In this document: one piece after another, positions 1 to 9,089 of the stretch
How positions within the stretch are numbered: position 1 is the first letter of the stretch
Layout: each line of letters begins with the position of its first letter
Assembly (NCBI GenBank): GCA_023205875.1
Contig: CP060758.1
Span: forward strand, 310,001-374,000
Source of the DNA: Chloropicon primus
Lineage: Eukaryota
Direction: 5' to 3'
DNA length: 64,000 nucleotides
Position numbers and translations under genes: made by a program
The notes under the pieces: generated by a model
Seen by the model: the letters and a program-made list of their open reading frames with translations, nothing else
What the model was told of the DNA's origin: nothing
The model's database searches: none

Positions 1-367
1 GATCAACGAAGACATTCAGCTTCTCGGCAGGTTGTGGGGGCTCCACCACAAGATAGAAGCTCTCGGAAGCAGCGGATCGTACGACGCGCGGCTTCAAAAA
101 ATTTTGGGGAGCGCCTCTACGCTGGAGGACAGGGTTGCCTCAAAGCTGCAGCTGATAGAGGGGTACTCCCGAGTGTCCCACATGATAGAGATAGAGGTCG
201 AGCTGGATGCTGACATCGATGCCGCGGAGACGCGGGTGGCCATGTCAGGCATCACGGTGGAGCTCGGCAAGGTGGAAGAGCTGGAAGAGCTCAAGGACGA
301 GTGGACGATGCAAGTGGAGGCCAAGGACGAGATAGAAAGGCTTCTGGGGTCGTCGGATCAACTCTGA
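1..367 (+). CDS. 3' end of a hypothetical acidic/coiled-coil protein (truncated by window edge)
   Basis: Frame is open from base 2 to TGA at 365-367 with host-like codon use; no recognisable motif. Confidence 0.55.
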   Translation, partial: INEDIQLLGRLWGLHHKIEALGSSGSYDARLQKILGSASTLEDRVASKLQLIEGYSRVSHMIEIEVELDADIDAAETRVAMSGITVELGKVEELEELKDEWTMQVEAKDEIERLLGSSDQL

Positions 368-508
368 TGGGAAGCGTGGTGTACAAGAACAAGAAAAGAA
401 GAAAACATTTTGTGGTGTATCGAATAGGAAGTATTATGAAACAAACAAACAAGCAAAATTATGAAACAAGAAGCCATCTATGGCTTTGATGAACCAGAAC
501 GGGGCTCC

Positions 509-2389
509 TCAGACAATGAAAGCGATTGGCTTGACGAGGGAGAACGTGGGATCGGTCCTGAGTCCGCACCTCAAAAGCTTCGCCACATCCCTGTTCATTT
601 GCGCCCTCTCCAACTTGAAGTGGATGTACCTCTCTCCAATCTCCTTCTCGAATTGGTGCCTCTCCGAGACGAAGCTGGCGATCGCGGCCGCCCTCGCGTT
701 GTTTCTCGCGGCAGCCGTCTGCAGGGTGAAGAGGTTCTGATTCCTCCTGTTTTCCGCTGCCTTGATCCTGCCGACGCGGGCGCAGTCCTGGATCGCCGCT
801 TTTGCCTTCGCGCAGATTTGGCTCTTCTCCACGCGCTCCGATCCAAGCTCGTTGGCCTTCTTTGACTTGGACGCCAAGACCCTCTTCCTCTTGGCCTCCG
901 CTGCCTCGATCCTCTCGATCAGGGCCAAGGCTTTCTCGGACAGCACCCTCCTCCTCTTCTCGTTTGCTCCCTTGTCACCGAGCCTGCGAGCCTTCTGGGC
1001 CACCCCCGCGAGGTGCACGTTCCTCTTGGCCTCCGCGGCCTGGAGCTTTGCGGTCAATCCCAGGGAGAGGAGGGCCATCTTCTCGAAGTTGCTCGCCCTC
1101 ACGATCGCATCACCCATCTCGTAGGCCTTCCTCTGCGCCATGATCAGCCTGATGTTCCTCCTGGAGGTGGCAGCCTCCAGCTTCAACCTCCACAGGTTGG
1201 TCAGGGCCGCGCGCATCATCTCGCCCTCCAGGCGAATGAACTCGGCCACGGAGTCGCCAGACATTGTCCTTGCGCGTGCCCTGCGAGATTCAAGGTGGGA
1301 CGCCCTCCTGTCCGCCGCCTCCTGGAGCCTGGCGCTCAGGACATCGGAGAGGAAGACCCTCCTCCTGTTCATCCAGATCAGCACGGACCCCTCGCCGAGC
1401 TCGCCGGCACGCTTGACCCTCTGGGCCAAGGCGTTGGCCCTCCTTCCGGCCGCGGCCTCGAGCCTGTGGCGCATCGCTTGGCCCAAAGCCTGCCTCTTCC
1501 TCTCGCTGTCCTCCATGATCGCGGCGATGGCCTTGGTCCTCTCCGCGGCCTTGGCCCTCCTGGCCAAGAGGTTCTGGGACCTCCTCTCCTCGGCCGCCTG
1601 AAGCTTGGCCTCGATCTCGTCCTTCCTGAACATCCTCCTCTCCTCCATCTTGCGGGCCGAGTACGTTCCGACCCCAAGCCTCGCGGCTACGCCCGCCCTG
1701 GTGGCCAAGACGTCCTGTCTCCTCTGGTCCGCGGCGGCGTGCCTCTCCTCGACGGCGTCGCGAATCAAGTCCGGGCTGGACCTCTTCCGCCTCGGCGTCC
1801 TCAGCCTCGTGAGCTCCTTGGCTCGGCAGGCTCGGGCGCACATCATGGATGCCTTCCTCTTCTCGGCCCTCTCGAGGCGGAGGTTGACGGGGGAGGGGCC
1901 CTCCACCCTCTTGGCCTTCGAGGGCGGCGTCGACATCCGCCTCGCCTGGTTGACCCTCTCGCGGAGAAGGACGAGCCTCTTGCGGGACGCCCTGTCCTGC
2001 CTGTCGAAGATCTTGCCGAGGGCCTCCCACCTCTGCCTGTCCTCGGGACTCGTCGACATGATCATCCCAGCAGGATGATGCATGACGTTCTCCTTGTCGT
2101 CGTCTAGGGCGATGACGACCCACTCTTTCTCCTGCTCGGACGCATTGTTGAACGCGGGCAGGAGGTTCTTCCCGCGCCTCGGCTTCTTCGTCGGGGAGCT
2201 CGGGGCGAGGGCCACGTAATTCTCCACGACGGCGGGCAATTCTGTCTCCAAGTCCGAGCCAGTGGCACTACCGCTACCGCCAAAAACGTCCGGGACGGAG
2301 GGGAGGGACACCTGTTTCTTGAGTCTCCTCTCCTCCCTCCTCCCCTTCAGCCTCCTCTGGAGCTCCTCCGGCATTCTCAGTCCAGGCAT
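509..2389 (-). CDS. Coiled-coil protein with repeated (K/R)L(Q/E)AAE-(R/K)R units, resembling the N-terminal region of plant T-complex protein 11 (TCP11)
   Basis: Long ORF; first ATG at 2389 (MPGLRMPEELQRRL); repeated helical units such as EIEAKLQAAEERR, RLEAAAGRR, RLQEAADRR, KLQAAEAKR. Confidence 0.65.
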   Translation of the reverse strand: MPGLRMPEELQRRLKGRREERRLKKQVSLPSVPDVFGGSGSATGSDLETELPAVVENYVALAPSSPTKKPRRGKNLLPAFNNASEQEKEWVVIALDDDKENVMHHPAGMIMSTSPEDRQRWEALGKIFDRQDRASRKRLVLLRERVNQARRMSTPPSKAKRVEGPSPVNLRLERAEKRKASMMCARACRAKELTRLRTPRRKRSSPDLIRDAVEERHAAADQRRQDVLATRAGVAARLGVGTYSARKMEERRMFRKDEIEAKLQAAEERRSQNLLARRAKAAERTKAIAAIMEDSERKRQALGQAMRHRLEAAAGRRANALAQRVKRAGELGEGSVLIWMNRRRVFLSDVLSARLQEAADRRASHLESRRARARTMSGDSVAEFIRLEGEMMRAALTNLWRLKLEAATSRRNIRLIMAQRKAYEMGDAIVRASNFEKMALLSLGLTAKLQAAEAKRNVHLAGVAQKARRLGDKGANEKRRRVLSEKALALIERIEAAEAKRKRVLASKSKKANELGSERVEKSQICAKAKAAIQDCARVGRIKAAENRRNQNLFTLQTAAARNNARAAAIASFVSERHQFEKEIGERYIHFKLERAQMNRDVAKLLRCGLRTDPTFSLVKPIAFIV

Positions 2390-2752
2390 CGCGACGGAAG
2401 CAGCGGATGGATGACGATGCTGGTGGGTATCGATATCGATATCAATGATGTTGTTGATGTAGATGATGATCTTGGGATCCACTTTTCAGGTTCTCCTCAG
2501 ACCAAGCAAGCAAGTATTCTCGTTCAACGCAACAGCAGCACACCAATGCCAGTGATGATGCCCAATGTCAGTGACAATGTCAGTGATGATGATGCTTCTG
2601 TCTCTCTCTCTCTCTCTCTTCGGTCGGTCAGTCTCGGTCGCCGGCCTCCTCGTCGATTGTGGACCTCGAGGTCCCCTCCCGTCCCCTCCCCGAAAGTCTG
2701 CAGAGTCTTTTCATCTCGCGATAATCTTTCACGGAGGACGCGGGGTCGAGGC

Positions 2753-2835
2753 ATTTCCTTAATCAAACCCCAAGGTGGACGGGAACCCCCCCGCTCGTCT
2801 CCAAAGGTCCCACCTTCGGATTTGATTAAGGAAAT
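2753..2835. repeat. Inverted repeat/hairpin in a divergent intergenic region
   Basis: ATTTCCTTAATCAAA (2753-2767) is the exact reverse complement of TTTGATTAAGGAAAT (2821-2835); inner arms AAGGTGG/CCACCTT also pair. Confidence 0.8.
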
Positions 2836-3264
2836 ACGATTCCCCTCGTCTCCAAGGGTCGCTTCGCGCCTTTCGCCCCCCTTGTCCAGCATGTAACGTT
2901 ACCTATAAAAAAGTTCAGTATACGTAACGTTACAAACAAAAACTAGGGATTTGGGATGGAGTTTATATAACGGCATGAAGCGAAAGCGAATCGGATAAAT
3001 CGTCACGTGGGGGAACGATGGGATCGAGGAGACAGACCCCTTTGGCGCGCGCGGCAAGACAGACAGAGAGAGACAGAGAGAGAGAGAGAGGGAGGGAGGG
3101 AGGTGTGCGTGATCTTGGGAGTTTTTTTCGAGTGCGTCGAGAGGGAGCGTCTCTTTTTCCTCTTTCGAACGAGACCTCGGTCGAGAGAAACGACCCAGGG
3201 GTGAGGATTTTAGACAGAGGGAGAGGAGCAGAGCGAGCGAGCGAGCGAGACAGAGAGAGAGGGT

Positions 3265-5211
3265 ATGGCGACGGTCGTGAGGACAGAGGACGACGTTGCG
3301 GGAAAGGACGCGTCGTCGAAGCCCCTGCAGCTCCCGCGGCAGATCGAGAGGAAGCTGGAGATGCGCGCGACGGCCCTGAGGCGTTCCAGGCGCCGCGTCG
3401 TCGTCCTCGAAGGAAACGCTCGGGATGATGCCGACGTTGTTGTTGTTGCTGATGATGTCGAAGGTGGCGAGCTGAGCGAGAGGCTCGCGCGCGCGGAGCA
3501 GCTGAGGCAGTCGCTTCTGGAGGAGAGGAGCAAGAGGGCGAGGAGGCTCTCTTTCGAGAACGTGGAGAGGGCGAGGGAGAGGCGGGCGAGGGAGAGGATC
3601 AAGCAGTGCTTCCTGGAGGCAGCGAGGGCGGCGAGGGTGAGGCTGGCGAGGAAGAGGAGGAAGAGCGAGATCGAGGAGCTCATGAGGAGAGCCGCGGCGA
3701 AGAATGCGAGGGTGCACAGCGTGAGGGATGCGGTGAGGGCCAAGGAGAGCGAGGAGAGGGTGAGCAGGGAGAAGGCCCTCGCGTGCAGGCTGAGGCTGGC
3801 CGAGCGCAGGAGGGGGGAGAACCTCAGGAGGTCTCCCCGGTCCCCAAAGTCTGCCGCCCTGGCTTCTCGAAGCGGGGGGGGTCCGAGGAGGGAGGCCGCG
3901 GCGTGCGTCCTCATTCAGAGGCGGTGGAGGGAGGCCCGGGAGGTCCGCGCCGCGAGGCTCTTCGCCGCCGCGGTCCCCAAGTGGTTCCTCGCGAGGGCGG
4001 GGGCGGCAGCCTCCGGGGGCGAGGACTTGCCGACCCCCGAGGGGGTGGACCGCGACTACCTGGCCTACAAGAGGTTCGAGGAGTGCTCTGCGGTCGTGCG
4101 GCGACCTTCGGTCCTCCGGGCCACGTCGTGCCTGCTGCAAAGGGTCGCCCAGAGGGGGGGGTCGCCACCCCCCGGAAACCCCGCCCGCGAGGCGAGGACA
4201 TTCCTCGCCGCGTTCATGATCGTCCTCCACCCGGAGATCGTGATGTCAAGGAAGCTCAAGGCGGTCGAGGAGGTCCTCCAAGAGGAGTCCTCGGCGCTCG
4301 TGCGAGCTTTCCTCGACGAGGTGGTGGCGGAGAGGAAGGGGAACCGGGCCGAGGAGTTCGAGGGGAGGCTTCGCAGCCACAGGGCGGCGTTCGAGACCTG
4401 GAAGAAGGACGACGCGGCGGCCTTGGAGGGCGACCTGATCAAGATGGCCCGCGATCTGACGGCCTCCGTTCTCGCCAAGTGCGGCCCAGACCTTGAGGCC
4501 CGGCACGTGACCTCCAACCCGGACTTGAGGGCAATGGTGGAGGCGCTGGGCAACGACAGGAGGCTGCTGACCAGCAAGGTCAAGTCCCTGGCGGGGGTGG
4601 AGGGGGTCCAGAGGATGGAGGAAGCGGTCAGATCCTGCGTAGCCGAATTCGAGGAGGAGTACCGCAGAAAGGTCTCGGAGAGAGGGAGGGAGAGCGGGGG
4701 CGGGGACGGGGACGGGGCCGACGACGCGGTGAGCGGGGCGGAGAGGTTGGAGTGCGCCTTCAGGGCGGCGATGGCCGATTTGATCCGGGAGAGCGTCGAG
4801 AAGGGGGAGTACGACCACGTCCTCCGCCTTTGGGACGAGGTTCGGGACAGGCTCATGAGGCTCTCCGGCTCGTCCCCCCGGGAGAGGGAGAGAACGGCCC
4901 AGTGCATCGACTGCGACTACGCGAGGGAGCTGGTCAAGGATCGAGCCATGGACAGCAGCATCCTTGCGGACATGATGCAGCTCGCCTCCCGGCGGATCGG
5001 GGAGCTCGGGGCCGCGGCGTACGAGCGGGAGACCCTGGAATGGGGCCTTTTGAGCGCGCAATTGATGAGAGAGTCGGAGTCCGCCGGAAGCGTCCTCGCC
5101 CAGTTCTTCCAAGACGCGGACGTGCTCCTCACTCGGATCGAGGCAGGGATCGCCGCAAGCCTGCTGTGCCAGGCTCTGACTTCGGGGGCGTCCAAGGAGA
5201 TGGCGTCTTGA
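3265..5211 (+). CDS. T-complex protein 11 (TCP11) domain protein
   Basis: 648-aa ORF; R-rich coiled-coil N-terminus, IQ-like LIQRRWR, RTFLAAFMIVLHPEIV and FETWKKDD motifs typical of TCP11/SOK1 family. Confidence 0.7.
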   Translation: MATVVRTEDDVAGKDASSKPLQLPRQIERKLEMRATALRRSRRRVVVLEGNARDDADVVVVADDVEGGELSERLARAEQLRQSLLEERSKRARRLSFENVERARERRARERIKQCFLEAARAARVRLARKRRKSEIEELMRRAAAKNARVHSVRDAVRAKESEERVSREKALACRLRLAERRRGENLRRSPRSPKSAALASRSGGGPRREAAACVLIQRRWREAREVRAARLFAAAVPKWFLARAGAAASGGEDLPTPEGVDRDYLAYKRFEECSAVVRRPSVLRATSCLLQRVAQRGGSPPPGNPAREARTFLAAFMIVLHPEIVMSRKLKAVEEVLQEESSALVRAFLDEVVAERKGNRAEEFEGRLRSHRAAFETWKKDDAAALEGDLIKMARDLTASVLAKCGPDLEARHVTSNPDLRAMVEALGNDRRLLTSKVKSLAGVEGVQRMEEAVRSCVAEFEEEYRRKVSERGRESGGGDGDGADDAVSGAERLECAFRAAMADLIRESVEKGEYDHVLRLWDEVRDRLMRLSGSSPRERERTAQCIDCDYARELVKDRAMDSSILADMMQLASRRIGELGAAAYERETLEWGLLSAQLMRESESAGSVLAQFFQDADVLLTRIEAGIAASLLCQALTSGASKEMAS

Positions 5212-5376
5212 AGCAAAGGGAAGAAGAAGGAGAAGAGCCTTTGAAGAAAAAGAAGTTGTATCAAAAACTAGAATCAATTTTGTATGTTGTTTGAATTCCT
5301 TGCCGTTCCGTTCTTTCGCACCGTTTTCGTTGTCGTCTGCTGCCGTCGCTTCGAAGAAGAAGAATCGTTCTCAAGG

Positions 5377-8070
5377 CTAAGAATCGTTCTCAAGCCTCAG
5401 CGCCGCGGCGAAGGATACCCAGGATGTGCCCTGCCTGGCAATGTAGGCAACGGACTCGGGCGAGAAGAACGACTGGCCCACCCTGATGCAGCTGCACAAG
5501 TTCCGGACCTGGTAGGCACACCCGGAGGGGATCATCAGGGCCTCGTTCACCTTCTGCTCCACAGTCCAGGGCTCCACCCCGGTCTCCTCCTTCAGCAGGG
5601 CCAGGGCCTTGGAGGACAGGTAAAACTTTTGGCTCATCACCACGGAGGCTCCTTCCGTCTTGAGGGCGCCCCGCCCCCCGGCGAACCTATCCGTGTTCCT
5701 GACCAGGAAGCCCGCGAGCTTCTCTGTGTCCTCGCGCCTGAAGATGTGCCAAAGGCTCCCTGGAGCGTCCTTGCTCACGTGGACGTTCACGAAGACGTTG
5801 TCCACAGGCTGCAAGTTCAGCTTCCAGGTCGAGTCCCCGTCCTCCTGGAGCATGCTACCCTCCGAGGGCTCCTCCTGGGTCCTGCCGTACCCAATGTACG
5901 CCTTCGGCCCGACGTCCGGCCTGAGGGCCTCTGGGACCAGCCTGACCAGGTTGAGCTCGCCCATCTGGTGCGTGTAGTCCTTCACCGGGAGCATGTCCTG
6001 GAAGTCCGTGTACAAGCGCTTGAGCTTCCCGTTCCACTCCTCCTGGCTCGGCCAGGACTTGAGGCAGTACATTGGGTTCCCCTCAAAGTAGGTCTCCCCG
6101 GTGTAGCCATTGAAGAAGGCCTCGATGGACACCTCGATGACGTCGCCCAAAGCGCAGTCGATCACGTCCGTCGTGTACTCCCCCTTCCTCTTCTCCGTCG
6201 CGGCCCTCTTCATGAGGTGCGGCGTCCAGAGCATCTGGCCCTTGATCCCTTCGACCACGAACGGGCACCCCTCCCGCCAACTTTCCCTGAAAGCGGCGAT
6301 GTCCATGCTCGAGGCGTCCTGGATGTAGCACACCTCCCCGCAGGCCTTCCCGTTGTCGCTCGTCTTGTCGGACGCGGCGTCTCCCCCCGGCGACGACGAC
6401 GGCGACCCGGCCGGGCCGCCGCACTTCTCCAGGCACCTCTCGAACGCCCTGCTGCCAAAGTAACCGAGCCTCTTGAGCTCCAGGCGGTGGTTCAGGGGGC
6501 AGCACAGGTCGGCCTGGTTCGCGGGGACCCCCAGGGCCTTGGCCTGCTCCGCCCTCTGCTCCTTGCAGCAGCTGGGGCAAAGGTCGTACCCGCACGGCTC
6601 GCAGGTCTTGAGGGTGCAGACCACGGTCGAGCTGCACTTGCTGCACTGGACCCTGTACCCGTTGTCCTCCACGATCTTCAGGTCCCCGAGCGCGACGCTG
6701 GACCCCTGCCTCTCCTCCTCCACCCTGAGCTCCCCGAGCTCCCCCGCGAGAACCTTGCCGAGCCCTGCCTCCCTCAGGACCCCCCAAACGTAAGCCAAGT
6801 TCCTCTCCCTGGTCTCCTGGTCGTACTTTGGGGGCTGCCCCACGTGCTTGGGCACCTTGTTGCACCTCTTGTCCATCCGCAGGGCGTACTTGCAGTTGCA
6901 GATGCCCCTGCACCTCGGGCACTTGTCCCTGCACTCCTCGATCGTCATCCCCGGGTAGCACCTCTTGATGCACTCGGTGCAGTAGTGGAGCCTGCACCCC
7001 TGGCGGGAGCACCTCGCGAGCTCCTTGCCCCTCTGGCAGTGGTGGCAGCAGATTCCCGCGACCTTCTTCACGAGGAGGGAGCTGCTCGCGGCGTTGTCGT
7101 CCGCCGCATTCAGGGACCCGGCGCCCTGGCCCTGGCTGAAGTGTCCAGTCGGCTCGGCGAAGGACTCGGAGGACTTCCTGCAGACCTTGAGGGCCCACGC
7201 CTGGGCGGACGCCTTCTTCTTCTTCTTCTTCCTCGTGTCCTTGATCTGGGCGATCATCTTCCTGTTCGTCTCGGCGAGGGCCTGGCACGTCTCCTGCCTC
7301 TTGAGCTTCTGCAAGTTCCTGAACCTCAGGCTGTTGCCGACGACTTCCCTCTCCACGGCCGTCAGGAGCGCCACCCAGTTCTTGCACAGCTCCCTCTTGG
7401 GGCTCTTCTTCTTCCGCAGGCTCTGGAAGGTCGCCGAGAGCTTCTGCGTGAGTCTTGGGCCCTCGTACTCCACGTCGATCTCGTTCAGCAGCTCGGTCTC
7501 GCCGTCGCTGTCGGCGGACGACGACGTCGTCGTCGTCGTTTGGGCGGCGGCGGTTGAGGCGGCGACAGCGGCCTTGCCGGCCTGCAGGTCCATCTCCTGG
7601 TCCGTCTCCGTCTCGGAGTCGTCCTGATCCTCATCGTCGAACACGTACCGCGAGGAGGACTTGGCCTCCCTCTTGGCCAGCAGCCTCCTCGCGACCTGTG
7701 GCTTGTGCTGCTGCTGCTCGTTGTTGTTGTTGTTCGTGTTGGTGTTGTTGCTGTCCCTCTTTACCGTGAAGGTGGAGTCCGAGCTGTTGTTCGTCCCTCC
7801 CGGACTCTTGGGGCTCTCCTGGTGGTTCCGCTGCAGGGAAAGATCGTCGTCGTCGTCGTCCTCGGCCTTCCTCTTCCTCCGGCGCTGGATGTGCGGCGCC
7901 GTCGTCTCCTCCGGCGTGTTGGGCGCCAGCGCCGTGGTCGCCGGGACGGAGTTCGGCATCGTCTGATCGCTGCACGTGGTCCCGGCGACGGCCACCTCCA
8001 AAGGGTTTGGAGGAGGAGAAGGAGGCAAGGACAACGCCGCCGCCTTCATGATGGACTCCTTCAGCATCAT
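5377..8070 (-). CDS. KDM3/JMJD1-like JmjC-domain protein with Cys-rich RING/zf-4CXXC-like domain; Fe-binding residues appear substituted
   Basis: CHHCQR..C..C..YCTECIKRCYP..CPRCRGICNC; LKSWPS, PDVGPKAYIGYG, GSLWHIFRREDTEKL, GVEPWTVEQKVNEALMIPSGCAYQVRNL match plant JMJ24-29/KDM3; first ATG at 8070 (track start is TTG). Confidence 0.85.
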   Translation of the reverse strand: MMLKESIMKAAALSLPPSPPPNPLEVAVAGTTCSDQTMPNSVPATTALAPNTPEETTAPHIQRRRKRKAEDDDDDDLSLQRNHQESPKSPGGTNNSSDSTFTVKRDSNNTNTNNNNNEQQQHKPQVARRLLAKREAKSSSRYVFDDEDQDDSETETDQEMDLQAGKAAVAASTAAAQTTTTTSSSADSDGETELLNEIDVEYEGPRLTQKLSATFQSLRKKKSPKRELCKNWVALLTAVEREVVGNSLRFRNLQKLKRQETCQALAETNRKMIAQIKDTRKKKKKKASAQAWALKVCRKSSESFAEPTGHFSQGQGAGSLNAADDNAASSSLLVKKVAGICCHHCQRGKELARCSRQGCRLHYCTECIKRCYPGMTIEECRDKCPRCRGICNCKYALRMDKRCNKVPKHVGQPPKYDQETRERNLAYVWGVLREAGLGKVLAGELGELRVEEERQGSSVALGDLKIVEDNGYRVQCSKCSSTVVCTLKTCEPCGYDLCPSCCKEQRAEQAKALGVPANQADLCCPLNHRLELKRLGYFGSRAFERCLEKCGGPAGSPSSSPGGDAASDKTSDNGKACGEVCYIQDASSMDIAAFRESWREGCPFVVEGIKGQMLWTPHLMKRAATEKRKGEYTTDVIDCALGDVIEVSIEAFFNGYTGETYFEGNPMYCLKSWPSQEEWNGKLKRLYTDFQDMLPVKDYTHQMGELNLVRLVPEALRPDVGPKAYIGYGRTQEEPSEGSMLQEDGDSTWKLNLQPVDNVFVNVHVSKDAPGSLWHIFRREDTEKLAGFLVRNTDRFAGGRGALKTEGASVVMSQKFYLSSKALALLKEETGVEPWTVEQKVNEALMIPSGCAYQVRNLCSCIRVGQSFFSPESVAYIARQGTSWVSFAAALRLENDS

Positions 8071-9089
8071 GCTGCTGCTCCTCGAAGTCGTGGTGGTGGT
8101 GGTGTTGGCAGCGGCGATGGCGTCGTCGTCAAGTGGAGGAGGAGGAGCCAAGTCTTCTTGAACGAATTAAGGAAGGGAGCAAAGGCAAGCAGCAGCAGCA
8201 GCAGAGTGGTGAGAGACAAAGACAGAGACACAGAGAGAGACAGAGACAGAGACAGAAAGAGAGAGTCAGACAAAGGCAGAGACAAGCGGCGGCACGAATT
8301 GAACGAGGAACCAAGCGCGAACGAGGAAGAGAGAAACACAAAAACCCACACAAACACAAATATTTTGAGGCTGGAACCCAACCCAAAATCCTGGTGCGTG
8401 GCGTGCGGCGATCCGTCGCAAGGCGTGTGTCGTGTTGCGCGTTGCACGTGCGCGCGCGCGTGTTGTGTTGCGTTTGTCTTACCTGTGAGCATTCTTCCGT
8501 CCCCGCGCGTGGTTCCCGTCAAAGGGAAGGAAAGAAAGGAAGGAAAACGCGATCGATCGCCAGGGTTTTGCTTTGCCTCTCTGGCTCCGCTTGTAACCCT
8601 GCACCAAAAACCTGCAACCCTAGCGTCGTAGAGGTGTTGTTCTTATTTGTTATTGGCTTTCGTTTCGCGCCAAATCCACGAACAGCCCTCGTGACACGAG
8701 AGAATAGGAAACGCGTCAAATCACAGAAATTTTGGCGAGAAACCAGGATCGATCGATCGGTTGGGAAAAAAAGAAAAGGGGGAGGACGTGTCCGATCGAT
8801 CGCGATCGACTGGCTCGGCTTCATCTTCATCTTCAACGCTCTTTGCGCGCGAAGAGAGGAGGCGAAAGACGCAGAGGACGACGACGGGTGGACCTGCGTG
8901 GTGCGGTGGATTCATTTTTTTTACGGGGACGCCTTGCCCTCTCTCTGTCTCTCTGTCTCTCTGTCTCTGTGTGCGTGTGTGCGTGTGTGTGTCCTATTCT
9001 GGAACACAAACGATACCCTTTCTGAGAGTCTGGTAGGATCCAGCAACAACGACGACGACGACGATATCTAGGGGATTCATTCTGGTAGT

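Noticed and set aside
5284..7557. 757-aa plus-strand ORF, and similar long ORFs at 22462-23868, 2899-4230 and 60968-62839
   Set aside because: Antisense shadows of real high-GC genes; no motifs
8550..8810. CGATCGATCG clusters as a repeat element
   Set aside because: They occur upstream of many genes (also ~23670-23765, ~31980, ~36730); best seen as a general promoter feature, not a discrete element
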